From assembly GCA_963771175.1 (NCBI GenBank), contig CAVYSY010000021.1, positions 192,001 through 256,000 on the forward strand: DNA of 64,000 bases, in the 5' to 3' direction. The DNA is from an uncultured delta proteobacterium (GTDB taxonomy: Bacteria > Myxococcota > Myxococcia > Myxococcales > Myxococcaceae). Each line of letters begins with the position of its first letter. Positions within the stretch are counted from its first letter, which is position 1. Shown in pieces: positions 34,401-47,232 of the stretch. A program made the position numbers and the translations under genes. A model generated the notes under the pieces. The model saw only the letters and a list, made by a program, of their open reading frames with translations. It did no database searches and was not told the origin of the DNA.

Positions 34401-35030
34401 ATGAGAGCCACGCTCGGAGTCTGTCTGGTCATGTTGGTGGCGGGCTGTGCCCACGCTCCGGAGAAGGCTCCGGAGTCAGCGTCCCCGCAGGCCGCCAGCT
34501 CGCAGGAGCTGTCCTCCCGGGCCGACAAGGCGTACGACGCGCAGGACTTCCCCGCCTGCGCGGAGCTGTTCCGGCAGGCCGCGGAGGCCAGCCCCGAGGA
34601 TGACGCCCGCGCCACCGCCCTCTACAGCGCTGCGGGGTGCCCGGCACTGGCGGGCAAGCCCTCCCAGGCGCTCGAGCTGCTGAAGCGCTCGGTCCAGAGT
34701 GGCTACTTCGACCCGGACACCCTGCAGTACGACCCGGAGCTGGCCTCGGTCCACTCGCTCGCCGGCTGGCAGGAGGTGGGCGTTCGAGCCCAGGCCAACC
34801 TGGCGAAGGCGCCAAACCCGCCGATGCCCGTCGCCAGGCTCGCGGGCATCGATGTCTACGGCTCGCGCCGCGTCGAGGCCGAGGCCGTCCGCAAGGTGCT
34901 CGGCTTCGAGCTGGGAAAGCCCATCGTGGCCAGCAAGGCCCTGTTCCGGCAGAAAGAGGAGACCCTGCGCAAGCTGTACAAATCGTCTGACACCTTCTGC
35001 GGGTCACCCGCGCGCTTCGCGGCCTCGTAG
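34401..35030 (+). pseudogene. TPR lipoprotein truncated at the second 29-bp repeat
   Basis: AGGAGG RBS, VAGC lipobox, TPR-like helices; frame runs into the repeat at 34973 and stops soon after. Confidence 0.7.
34973..35001 (+). repeat. 29-bp direct repeat, copy 2
   Basis: GCTGTACAAATCGTCTGACACCTTCTGCG, identical to 33169-33197. Confidence 0.9.
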
Positions 35031-35159
35031 CGAGCCACCTCTTCGCGCTCGTCGTACAGCAGGTGCGCGCTCGCGCCCGGTCCTGGTGTTCCAGCGCTGG
35101 TGCGGGCACAGTCCGGGCGGCGTACGCCCAAGGAATGACCTCGGTCATGGAGGTAGGTC

Positions 35160-35603
35160 TTGCACGAGTTTCCGCTGACGCTTCACTGGGAAGGTTCCAC
35201 GGCCGCCGAGTATCCCCGTGATGCCGTGGCCCGCACGACGGGGAAGCAGGACCTCGCGGTGAGCGCGGCGCCCGCGTATGGAGGGGATGGCTCGCGCTGG
35301 AACCCCGAGGACCTGTTCGGCGCCTCGCTGGCCACCTGCCACATGCTCACCTTCCTCGCGCTGGCGAAGAAGGCGCGCCTGGACGTGCGCGGCTACGAGG
35401 ACCACGTCACCGTCACGCTCGACACCGTGGACAAGGTGTCGCGAATCACCCGGGTGCGCCTGGCGCCGACCATCCGCGTGGCCCCTGGCACGGACCCCGC
35501 GAAGGTGCGCGAGATGTTCGAGAAGGCCCACAAGTACTGCTTCATCGGCCTGAGCATCACCTCCGAGGTGCTCATGGAGCCCACCATCGAAGAGGCCCGG
35601 TGA
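35160..35603 (+). CDS. OsmC family protein
   Basis: GGAGGT RBS, TTG start; WNPEDLFGASLATCHMLTFL and AHKYCFI two-Cys pattern. Confidence 0.92.
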   Translation: MHEFPLTLHWEGSTAAEYPRDAVARTTGKQDLAVSAAPAYGGDGSRWNPEDLFGASLATCHMLTFLALAKKARLDVRGYEDHVTVTLDTVDKVSRITRVRLAPTIRVAPGTDPAKVREMFEKAHKYCFIGLSITSEVLMEPTIEEAR

Positions 35604-35606
35604 GTC

Positions 35607-38377
35607 CTACCAGGTCACCTCGAAGGGGATGCTCTGCCCGCGCTGGAAGCTCAGCGGCACTCGGGCCCGGCCCTCGCTGACCGTCACCGGCACCCCGGTG
35701 CCCCCCACGCGCACGACAGGCGTGCGGCCCGCTGGCACGGCCACGTTCAGCCAGGTGCTCCCGGAGTTGTACGCACGGTAGGTCCCCCCCACGCGGTTGG
35801 GGGAGACCTCCAGGCGCAGCAGCGGTGTCTGCACCACGTAGGTGTCCTTGCCACCGCCGCGTGGAGTGAGGTTCAACCCATTGCCCGCGGGCTCGACACC
35901 GGCCGTGCGTAGCAGGCCGAGCACCCACATCGCGTCGGGGTTCATGTTGGCCACGGGGAAGTCGCTCATGGGGGTGACGGGGCTGGTCCACGTGCCGCCG
36001 TCCGTGCCCGCGGAGTTGAAGCCATCCGGGCCGGACCAGAGGCCGATCCACTGCTCGGGCCAGACGCGCGCATGCGTGGTGGAGAGGTGCTCCTCCAGGC
36101 TACGCCAGGCGCTCGCGGGCCGGTAGCGGGCGTAGGCCCACGTCATGAGCTGGCTGATGGCGGGCCACACCATGCCGCCGGGGCGCATGCGCGGGCCCAT
36201 GGGGGAATCCGCATCGAGCCTCGACTCGACCTCGTTGAGCACCCGCTCCCGCTGGGTGGGGTCGAGCACCTCGGCGAGCAGCCCCCACGGCTGGGCCTCG
36301 AGGTCGATATAGGTCGCGTTGAACCAGTCGAAGCTCCAGTCATTGCCCTTGAGGTAGGCCATGTTGAGGCTGTTGCGCAGCCAGGCACGGCCGAACCAGC
36401 GCCCGCCGAAGGTCTTCCGCACCGGGCCCACCAGGCTGTCGGCGTAGCCGCGCATCTGCGAGGCCAGTCCCGGAATCCGCGGCCTCCAGGTGGCTGGCCG
36501 CCAGCCGCAGCACCACCAATGCCATCTGGCTGTTGGGCACCGACTCTCCCTGGGAGATGGTGAAGGGAGATGGCGGTGGGCGAGGGGTCCTCGTAGACGA
36601 TGCCATCGGACCAGTCCCCGTCCCACAGCCGGATGAGGCCGTTGGGGCCCCGGCCCACGCGCTCGACCAGGTGGCGGAAGGCCACTCTCGCGTGGTCCAG
36701 CACCGTATCCCCGGACACCCAGGCGGGCCGCCCGGCGCCCCGGGGGTAGAAGGGCACCGTCTCCGAGAGGAAGGCACGGTCGCCGGTCGCCGCCAGGTAT
36801 TCGGAGAGGGCGAGCAGCAGGAAGAGGTCCAGGTCCGAGGGGTTGTTGTGGAGGGTGGCCCCCTCATGCACTCCGTGGCCCGTGAAGGCATAGGTGATCT
36901 GCCCCGTCACGGCGTTCTGCAGGGAGAGGATGAGCCGGAGGTTGCCTCGGGCCACCTCCGGGTCCAGCCAGGTGGTGGCGGCGGCGAAGAGGGCCTGATC
37001 CCGAGGTGCCCCATCCGCGCCATGCAGATAGAGGTAGGCCGAGCCCTGGGGGGTGTAGAGCGTGTTGTAGTACTCGCTGAACAGGCCGTTGCCCAGGAGC
37101 TGGGCGCTGCGCCAGGCCGTCTCGCGGTGCATGAGCGGGCTGCCGGGAATGGCCGCGTAGGCCAGGCGCTCCCTCCACTGCGCCAGGGAGGAGGCGAGCG
37201 GCGTGGGGTTGGCGGCGGGGGTGTAGCGCAGCAGCATGTCGAGCGAGGCGCCCTGGGGCAGGTAGCCATAGACGAAGCGCAGCCGCCTCGTCTCCCCTGG
37301 AGCCAGGGTGAGGTCCGAGCGGAAGGCGAGCATGGCCGGCTGCCCGAAGCCCTCCACCGGCCCGAGCAGCCCGCCCGGGGTGCCACTGGACACGGCCTCG
37401 GGAGCCGCGGGGGTGCCCGCGCCGAAGAAGGCGTCCTGGTGGGTGTGCACGCCATTCACCGGCGCATCCAGGGCGGCGAGGAAGACATCCGGCGGATACC
37501 AGTCCATGGCGGAGACCACCTCCCGCGCGGGCACCGTCTCCCCCGGCTTGGGCCGTAGCGAGGCGAGCAGCACGGGAATGCCCGACAGTGAGGTGGAGGT
37601 GGTCTGCTGGAGGAAGCGGCCGTTGAGGTTGTCGCGGCTGGAGTCGCTCGGCCCCGCCCCCAGCCCCGTCCTCACCCACTCCGTGAGGAGCTGGTGGCGG
37701 TTCACATCCCAGTACTCGTAGTGGCTGAACGTGCGGCTGACGGTCGAGGTGTTGGTGAGCTCCACCTCGTCGAGCAGCAGGGGCTCGTCCCCCGCGGGGG
37801 CGTGGAGGACGTGCCGCACGCGCAGCCCATTCACCTCGGTGACGGTCTCGTAGTAGCCCAGGCCGAACAGGCGCTTGCGGGTGGTGGCGCTCGCGGGGGC
37901 GTAGCGGTAGGCCGAGCACCAGGTGCCGGCGCCGTCCTTCACGTAGGAGAAACCTCCGGCCAGGTTGCGCTGGGACTCGGAGAAGCGGTTGAGCCAGGTG
38001 GGGCCGCGCTCACCGCTGAGCAGGACGACATAGCCATCATCCACGGCCATGAAGTTGGTGCGCCGGTTGCCCATGACGATGAAGTGGTCGCGGCGCTCGC
38101 GCAGCAGGGGGAAGATGTCCTCGCTGTTGGGCCAGGCGCCTCGCGGGTCGTTGAGCTGGTCGAAGGTGTAGTCGAAGGCGGGCAGCCCGTGCTCATCCGT
38201 GCGCCACTGGCCGAAGATGCCGCCCCCCTCGGAGCAGGAGGGGAAGGTGGTGATGCGCTCGGGGTCGGGCGCGGCGCAGGGCAGGGCCTGCGCGTGGGCC
38301 ACCCACGACCCGAGCAACAGCCAGCCCCACACCAGGAGCCTCCATGGACGCCAGATGCTTGCTGCTTTCGAATCCAT
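35607..38377 (-). CDS. GH94/GH36-type glycoside hydrolase or phosphorylase-like protein with signal peptide; frameshifts near 36560 and 36480
   Basis: Signal peptide ending VAHA; RDQALF, PSDLDLFLLLALSEYL, GPNGLIRLWDGDWSDG, GMVWPAI. Confidence 0.72.
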
Positions 38378-38751
38378 GTCTCTCCTCCTCGGCCCCCATG
38401 CGGAGCACCTCCGCACCATAAGAGCCTATTGCAGGCCAATCAGGGCTCGCTGATTCCCTGGTCGTACGCGGACGACGAGTTGTCATCCCTGCGAGGCTCC
38501 AGCCTCCGCAACGAGATCCGGATGGAACCGCGCGAGGGCGCACTCTGGGTCATAGCTCCCAGCGGCGAGTACGTCAGCCGCGTGCTCACCGTGGATGGCG
38601 ACATCGGCGTCACTGTCTCGGTCTGTGAGGGAGTCGAGACGTGCGCGGCGATGGTACCCGTGCACCACGTGAGCAACCTGCAGGTCTTCTGACGCTCCCC
38701 CAAGCAGGTGCGGAGGAGGCGAGCATGTCCCGGTCCGTCTCGTGGGGAGGC

Positions 38752-39213
38752 TCAGGCCGCCTCGCGGAACCGGTCCACGAAGCTCTGGGCGGAGGCGAGC
38801 TCGACGCCGTGGTAGCGGGCGATGTCCCGGGCAATCGCCTCGGGCGTCTCCCCATCGCGCAGCCGCATCCGCACGTTGTGCTCGAACGGCTCGAGGATGC
38901 GCCGGGCCTCCTCCCCCGAGAGGGCTGCTTTGGGTGCGGTGCGTCGTGGGGCCGCCTTCCCCAGCTCGACGCGCGCCTGCACGTACGTGAGGAGGTTCGA
39001 GACGAGGAAGTACCACGTCATGAAGAAGGAGATGGTCCCCCACCATCCGAGCGTCAGGTTGCGCAGGGTGTGGTGCCAGAAGGTCTGTCCCAGGCAACTC
39101 CGGCACAGCTCGCCCTGGGTCGTGTACGACTGGCGCAGGAAGAGCATCCCCACGTTGTGGTGGAGCTCGACATAGGCCGTCGGCTCGGACTGGTAGCAGA
39201 GGTCACACCGCAT
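38752..39213 (-). CDS. Hypothetical membrane protein with two CxxC pairs
   Basis: MRCDLC, LCRSC, GWWGTISFF TM region. Confidence 0.75.
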   Translation of the reverse strand: MRCDLCYQSEPTAYVELHHNVGMLFLRQSYTTQGELCRSCLGQTFWHHTLRNLTLGWWGTISFFMTWYFLVSNLLTYVQARVELGKAAPRRTAPKAALSGEEARRILEPFEHNVRMRLRDGETPEAIARDIARYHGVELASAQSFVDRFREAA

Positions 39214-39391
39214 GCGGGCTCGGAGGATAGCCCGGGAGCGCTCGTCCTGGCAGGGGGTCGCCTGACAGGGGTAGCTGCTGCGCGGGGCTCAACACCACGC
39301 GAGCTGGGGTGGCCCCTGCGCCGGGGCCAGCTTCGCGGGCCGCGAGGGCAGTTGCAGGTGCTCCAAAATACGGTGCGCAGTGTTTTGGGAC

Positions 39392-41431
39392 TCACAAGCG
39401 GTGCGAGAGGCCCGCTCCCGCGTACACCGTGAGGGGTGGTGCCGGCTCGAAGTAGCGCCCCCGGCTCGCGTTCACCCGCACGTTGTCGCTGTAGCGCGCC
39501 GACAGGAGGTTCTGCAGCCCCAGGAATGGGCTCACCTCGAAGGCTCCCATCGGGAAGCGGTGCCCCAGTCGCGCGTTCACCACCCAGGCCGTGTGCTCGC
39601 GCACCGTGTTCGCGTCGTCCGCGTACAGGCCCCCCACGCTGTACGCCTCCACCGCCGCCAGGGCTCCGCTCGCGTGCTGGTACACCGCCTCCGCTCCCAC
39701 CTGGTGGGCCGGAATGCCCGGTACCCGCTTGCCCCGGAGCTGCTTCCCCTGCGGCGCGTAGTCGCGGAACGTCGCCTGCAACGCGTTGTACGCCGCGCGT
39801 ACCCGCAGCTCCCGCGTCAGCTTCGCCTCCAGCGCCACCTCCGCCCCCAGGTGCCGCGAGCGCCCCGTGTTGCGGAAGTACGCGCGGGCGTTCTCGTCCT
39901 CGAAGCGCACCAGCCCGTCCAGGACCCGCACCGAGAACAGCGCCACGTCGTAGCGCAGCCGGCCCCACAGCGTCCCCCTCGCCCCCAGCTCCACGCTGTC
40001 CGAGTGCTGCGGCTTCAAGTCCCTCGACAGCCCTCCGCCCGCCCCCGATGGCAATGCCAGCTCCGTCGTCGTCGGCGCCTCGAAGGACTGGGAGAGGTTC
40101 GCGAACACCGACACCTCCGGCCGCGGTGCCCAGATGAGCCCCAGCCGTCCCGTGGGCTGCCCGAACGTCCGAGTCCCCGTTCCGTCTCCGTCCTCCTTCA
40201 GGAAGTCCGTCACCGCGTAGCGAGACACGTCGTACCGTGCCCCCGCCACCAGCGTCAGGCGCTCGCGCAACTCCAGCTCCTCCTGCGCGAAGAGGCCCAG
40301 CGCCGTCACGTCCTCGTCCTGGTCGAGCTGCAACGTGCTCCCGGGCTGGCCGTCCACGTTGTCGAAGTTCTTCCGCCGGTCCGCCTGCGCCTGCAGCTCC
40401 GTCCCCAGCGTGAAGCGGCTGCGCAGTCCGAGCAGCGGCGCCCGGTTGCCGTAGCGCACCGCCACCCCGTCGAACGTCCGGTCGAACGCCACCACCAGCG
40501 AGGGCAGCGCGTTCTGGAAGCGCCGCAGCGCCAGGAAGCCATTCGCCTCCACCTCGTGGGACTCGCCCAGGCGTCGGCGGTACGTCAGCCCCAGCCGGCC
40601 CTGCCGCACCGACTCGCCCGCGCGGAAGCGCAGGTTGGTGGGCGAGGCCTGTCGTGGGTTCTCCTCCGCCTCCTCCCGCGTCAACCCGCCCGCGTCCTCC
40701 GCCTCCGGCGCGTCCACCAGCGACAGCACCGCCTTCAACTCCGAGCGCTCGTCCGGCGTCCAGCCCACCTTCCCGTTCAGCAGCACCTGCTCCGTGCCCG
40801 ACAGCCGCCGCCAGCCCTGCTGCGTCAGCCGCGACGCGCTCACCAGCCAGCGCACGTCCCCGCTCTTCCCCCCGCCCTTCACGTGCAGCTTCCACAGGCC
40901 CTCGTCCCCGTGCAGCGTCCGCGCCTCCACGAAGGGCCGCTCCGGGCCCTCCTCGGTGGTGATGCTCACCACGCCGCCCGCCGCGTTGCCGTACAGCGAC
41001 GAGGCCAGTCCCCGCAGCACCTCGATACGCGCCGCCGAGGCCAGGTCCAGGCTGTCCACGTTCGTCTGCCCGTCCGGCAGCGTCTCCGGGAAGCCGTCCA
41101 CCACCACCGTCACTCCCCGGATGCCGAACGCCGAGCGCGCTCCGAACCCGCGGATGGAGAGCCGCAGGTCCTGCGAGGCGTTGTTCCGGCTCTGCACGAC
41201 GAGCCCCGGTGTCGCCACCAGTCCCTCGTACAGACCCAGCGTGGGGCGAGCGTCCTGGATGTCCTCCCGCTCCACCACGCTCACCGCCGCCGGCGTGCGA
41301 CTCAGTGGCGTGGGCACCTTCGGCGCCACCACCGTCGTCTCCTGGCTCGTGGCCGGTGGGGGCCCTTCCTCGGGGGAGGGCGTCTGAGACAGCGTGACGG
41401 ACAGCAGCGCGCAGGGGAGCAACCAGGACAT
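39392..41431 (-). CDS. TonB-dependent receptor (YncD-like)
   Basis: Plug LSIRGFGARSAFGIRG, RIEVLRGLASSLYGNAAGGVV; C-terminal GRYFEPAP. Confidence 0.93.
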   Translation of the reverse strand: MSWLLPCALLSVTLSQTPSPEEGPPPATSQETTVVAPKVPTPLSRTPAAVSVVEREDIQDARPTLGLYEGLVATPGLVVQSRNNASQDLRLSIRGFGARSAFGIRGVTVVVDGFPETLPDGQTNVDSLDLASAARIEVLRGLASSLYGNAAGGVVSITTEEGPERPFVEARTLHGDEGLWKLHVKGGGKSGDVRWLVSASRLTQQGWRRLSGTEQVLLNGKVGWTPDERSELKAVLSLVDAPEAEDAGGLTREEAEENPRQASPTNLRFRAGESVRQGRLGLTYRRRLGESHEVEANGFLALRRFQNALPSLVVAFDRTFDGVAVRYGNRAPLLGLRSRFTLGTELQAQADRRKNFDNVDGQPGSTLQLDQDEDVTALGLFAQEELELRERLTLVAGARYDVSRYAVTDFLKEDGDGTGTRTFGQPTGRLGLIWAPRPEVSVFANLSQSFEAPTTTELALPSGAGGGLSRDLKPQHSDSVELGARGTLWGRLRYDVALFSVRVLDGLVRFEDENARAYFRNTGRSRHLGAEVALEAKLTRELRVRAAYNALQATFRDYAPQGKQLRGKRVPGIPAHQVGAEAVYQHASGALAAVEAYSVGGLYADDANTVREHTAWVVNARLGHRFPMGAFEVSPFLGLQNLLSARYSDNVRVNASRGRYFEPAPPLTVYAGAGLSHRL

Positions 41432-41489
41432 CCAGAGTGCCTTCGCGGGTCGGGAGAGGCGCAGTGTGTACCGGCGCGGCGCGGGCGCG

Positions 41490-41774
41490 CTAGCGCTCCA
41501 CCTGCACGCCCTTCCAGAAGGCCACATGGCCCTGGATGTTGCGCGCCGCGTCCTTCGGCTCCGGGTAGTACCAGGCCGCGTCCTTGTTCACCTTCCCGTC
41601 CACCACCACGTCGTAGTAGCTCGCCATGCCTTTCCACGGGCAGGTGCTGTGCGTGCTGCTGTCCTTCAGCACCTCGCGCTTCACCGCCTCCTTGGGGAAA
41701 TAGACGTTGCCCTCCACCACCTCGTACGTGCCGCTCTCGGCGAGCACCACTCCGTTCCACATCGCGCGGGCCAT
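41490..41774 (-). CDS. DUF427 family protein
   Basis: VEGNVYFP, STCPWKGMASYY, DAAWYYPEPK; GAGGAGG RBS. Confidence 0.93.
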   Translation of the reverse strand: MARAMWNGVVLAESGTYEVVEGNVYFPKEAVKREVLKDSSTHSTCPWKGMASYYDVVVDGKVNKDAAWYYPEPKDAARNIQGHVAFWKGVQVER

Positions 41775-41992
41775 GGAATCCTCCTCGTATTGGCGTTCCC
41801 CGCATCTCTAACACCCCGTTTCCGGGTGCTCCGCTCTTCGTGGAGGGAGCGGGCAGGCGGTGCTCCTTCTGTTGTCTCCCCGTCTGGTCAGCGCGTGAGG
41901 GGAGTGTCCGCTGGTGGAAAGCGGGTCGCCTGGTGGAAAGGTGAGAGACGTCTCGGGTTGTTCTGGTGCTGTTAAAGTTCTCCGTTTCCGTC

Positions 41993-44209
<2,217 letters not shown>

Positions 44210-44213
<4 letters not shown>

Positions 44214-44661
44214 GTCACGACACCCGCGGCACGACCCGATCGAAATCCTCCTGGTGGAGGACAACCCCGGCGACGTCCGCCTGACCATCGAGGCCCTCAA
44301 GGAGGGCAAGGTGCGCAACAGCCTCTCCGTCGCGCGCGACGGGGTGGAGGCGCTGGCCTTCCTTCGCCGCGAGGGCCCGCACGCCAACGCCTCGCGGCCG
44401 GACCTCATCCTGCTGGATCTGAACCTGCCCAGGAAGGACGGGCGCGAGGTGCTGGCGGAGATCAAGGAAGACTCGCGCCTGCGCCGCATCCCCGTGGTGG
44501 TGCTCACCACGTCGAAGGCGGAGGAGGACATCCTGCGGACGTACGACCTGCACGCCAACTGCTACATCACCAAGCCCGTGGACCTGGAGCAGTTCATCTC
44601 CGTGGTGCGCTCCATCGACGACTTCTGGCTCTCGGTGGTGCGGCTGCCGACGGTGGAGTGA
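44210..44661 (+). CDS. Single-domain response regulator (Rcp1-like), frameshift near 44230
   Basis: [43 protein letters not shown] overlap. Confidence 0.9.
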
Positions 44662-44668
44662 GGTGGCC

Positions 44669-45806
44669 ATGAGCGTGGACCCAGGTCGACCACTGCGGCT
44701 GCTGTTGGTGGAGGACAACCCCGGGGACGCCCGGCTCCTGCAGGAGGAGCTCAAGGAGGTACCGTCCGTCGCGCTTCGAGGTGCGACATGTGACGCGCCT
44801 GGCGGACGCGATGGCGGTGGTGGAGGAGCCGGGGCTGGACGTGGTGCTGTTGGACCTGTCGCTGCCGGACGGGCACGGGCTGTCCAACATCGAGCGGCTG
44901 CTGCAGGTGGCGCCGGCGCTGCCGCTGGTGGTGCTCACCGGCACCGACGACGAGCAACTCGCGATGAAGGCGGTGCACACGGGCGCGCAGGACTACCTGG
45001 TGAAGGGGCAGGTGACGGGCCCGCTGCTGGTGCGCGCGCTGCGCTACGCCATCGAGCGCAAGCGGGCCGAGGAGGGCCTCAAGCGCGAGGAGGCCGCGCG
45101 GCAGACGGCGCTGTTCCGCGAGCAGTTCCTGGGGATTCTGGGGCATGACCTGCGCAACCCGCTGCAGGCCATCTCCGGCAACGCGGCGCTGCTGCTGCGC
45201 TACGGGGGCCTGTCCGAGCCCCAGCGCAAGGCCATCAACCGCATCTCCATCTCGGCGGATCGGATGGCGCGGATGATCGGCGACATCCTGGACTTCACGC
45301 GCACGCGGCTGGGCGGAGGCTATTCGCTGCAGCGCTCGTGGGTGAACGTGCACGACGTGCTGCAGCAGATCGTGGAGGAGCTGGAGGTGGCGCAACCGCA
45401 GCGGCGCTTCGAGCTGAGCGTGTCGGGCACCGGCTGGGGGGATTGGGACGCGGACCGCATCGCCCAGGCGACGTCCAATCTGGTGGGAAACGCGGTGCAG
45501 TACTCGCCGCAGGACAGCGCGGTGCGCGTGGTGGCGCGAGACGAGGGCGACGGGGTGCGGGTGGAGGTCCACAACCTGGGCACCCCCATTCCGGCCGAGC
45601 GGCTGCCGTACATCTTCGACCCGTTCGTGCGGGGAGGAGAGGGCGCGCGGATGGGCTCGCGCACGGGGCTGGGGCTGGGGCTCTACATCACGCATGAAAT
45701 CGTGAAGGCGCATGGTGGCACGGTGCAGGTGCGCTCCACCGAGGCGGAGGGCACGTGCTTCTGGCTGAATCTGCCTCGCCACCCATCCCCCACCACGAAG
45801 GCATGA
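44669..45806 (+). CDS. Hybrid receiver-histidine kinase, frameshift near 44770
   Basis: [43 protein letters not shown]. Confidence 0.9.
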
Positions 45807-46024
45807 GCGATGTCTGAGATGGAAACACCTCGGAATAGGGCGAGCCTGGAGCCGCGGGGGTACACGCTGCGGACGAGGAGCTGCTTGCTGCGCGAGCTGA
45901 AGGTCTGGAGGTCTCGGGGAGACGGCAAGCCCGGGTGCCTGGAGCGCAGAGCGGGCGGGGGGGCGAGCGATGGAGGCGCGGCTCCGCTAGGCGACCCTAG
46001 CTTGAGCGGAAAGGAGGTCGTCTC

Positions 46025-46198
46025 ATGCCTGAACTTGCCCTCATCATCGGCTTTCTCGTGTTCTTCCTCATCATCGCGCTCACCCTCGTCCTCGGCGGCG
46101 TCAGCAGGAAGGGAGACAAGCGCGTGATCAGGGAGGGGCGCGTCACCCCGGAGCAGCGCCTGCCCACCGACAAGGAGCGCGAAGCCCACGGCTATTAG
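46025..46198 (+). CDS. 57-aa single-pass membrane protein (absent from the ORF track)
   Basis: [67 protein letters not shown]. Confidence 0.75.
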   Translation: MPELALIIGFLVFFLIIALTLVLGGVSRKGDKRVIREGRVTPEQRLPTDKEREAHGY

Positions 46199-46998
46199 CG
46201 GGGCGGTACGCCGGGAGGCCTCGGGTTGTAGTAGCGCCGCAGCCAGCGGGTGAGCCCGTCCAGGCCGGGGAAGAGCACGCGCTCGGTGATGTTGGCCTGG
46301 TCGAGCTTGTCCCGCACCTCCTGCTTGAGGCGCGCGGGGACGATGAGCCGGCGCACCCCCCGCTTCTGCTTTCCGAGGAACGCGTCCAGCCGCGCCGACG
46401 GGTCGTTCATCACCGAGAAGAGGGCGAACTGGTTGACGATGCGCTCGTCGAGCGAGGGCGGCTCGAAGAAGAGCACGAAGGGGTGGCGGGTGAGCCGGTC
46501 GAAGGCGGGGAGGCTCTCGGCCACCGCCGGCCAGCATCTCCGCGCTGAAGACGTCGGCGCCCTCGGCGCTGAGCTGCTCCTTGAGGGGACGGGGGAGCAG
46601 CCGGTTCGTCTCCCGGTAGTCCACGCACCACACGACGCCGTCCTGTCGTACAGGTCCGGGTCCTCGCTGAGGAAGTGCAGCGCCACGTAGGGGCTGAAGG
46701 TCCAGTCCAGCAGGCGCGTGGGCAGCCCGTGATGTTGGGCGAGAGAGAGCCAGTCCCAGAGGGACACGCAGGTGGTGGTGGTGCCGCGCGCGTACTTGCG
46801 GAAGGCGCGCAGCATGACGTTCTCCTGCCGGGAGTAGTCGCCGCCGCGCCGGTTGAGGCTGGTGGCCAGGTCATGGCGCGAGTCGGGCATGCCCCGGAAG
46901 GCGAGCGTGGGGCGGAAGCGGTGGAGCTCCTCGTTCCACGAGCCCGCGAAGAGCGCGTCCTGCAGCTCCAGCCAGCTCTTGAGCCGTTGCTCCTGCAC
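46195..46998 (-). CDS. FRG domain protein, with compensating frameshifts near 46645 and 46530
   Basis: AFRGM, WLSLAQHHGLPTRLLDWTFSPYVALHF, RIVNQFALF, LFPGLDG. Confidence 0.9.
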   Translation of the reverse strand: MQEQRLKSWLELQDALFAGSWNEELHRFRPTLAFRGMPDSRHDLATSLNRRGGDYSRQENVMLRAFRKYARGTTTTCVSLWDWLSLAQHHGLPTRLLDWTFSPYVALHFLSEDPDLYDRTASCGAWTTGRRTGCSPVPSRSSSAPRAPTSSARRCWPAVAESLPAFDRLTRHPFVLFFEPPSLDERIVNQFALFSVMNDPSARLDAFLGKQKRGVRRLIVPARLKQEVRDKLDQANITERVLFPGLDGLTRWLRRYYNPRPPGVPPR

Positions 46999-47055
46999 GC
47001 GGGGGAAGATGGGCAGCCCCGGGCGTCCAGGCACGCGGTGTCGTGAACCGGACAC

Positions 47056-47175
47056 TCAGCCGCCCACCGTGAGCCGCTCATGGATGTCCAGGTAGTGCCG
47101 CGCCATCCGCTCCGCGGAGAAGCGCTCCTCGGGGCCATCCACGAGGAAACCGGTGCGACCGTGCTCGACGATCCG
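47056..47175 (-). pseudogene. Remnant of a GT4 glycosyltransferase C-terminus
   Basis: RIVEHGRTGFLVDGPEERFSAERMARHYLDIHERLTVGG*; the usual segment between GFLVD and ERFS is missing and there is no N-terminal part. Confidence 0.6.
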
Positions 47176-47232
47176 GGTGCAACGGGGCGTGAGCCGTGGC
47201 GCGGGTGGAGGGGCACCATCCAGCCGGCGCCC

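Noticed and set aside
33169..35001. 29-bp repeats as a CRISPR array
   Set aside because: Only two full copies 1.8 kb apart, no spacer periodicity and no cas genes
35076..35140. Possible AraC C-terminal scrap (FQRWCGHSPG) before osmC
   Set aside because: Too short to support as a feature
38440..38692. Possible short plus-strand coding segment (…WSYADDELSSLRG…NLQVF)
   Set aside because: No convincing start or RBS and no recognisable family; may be a fragment
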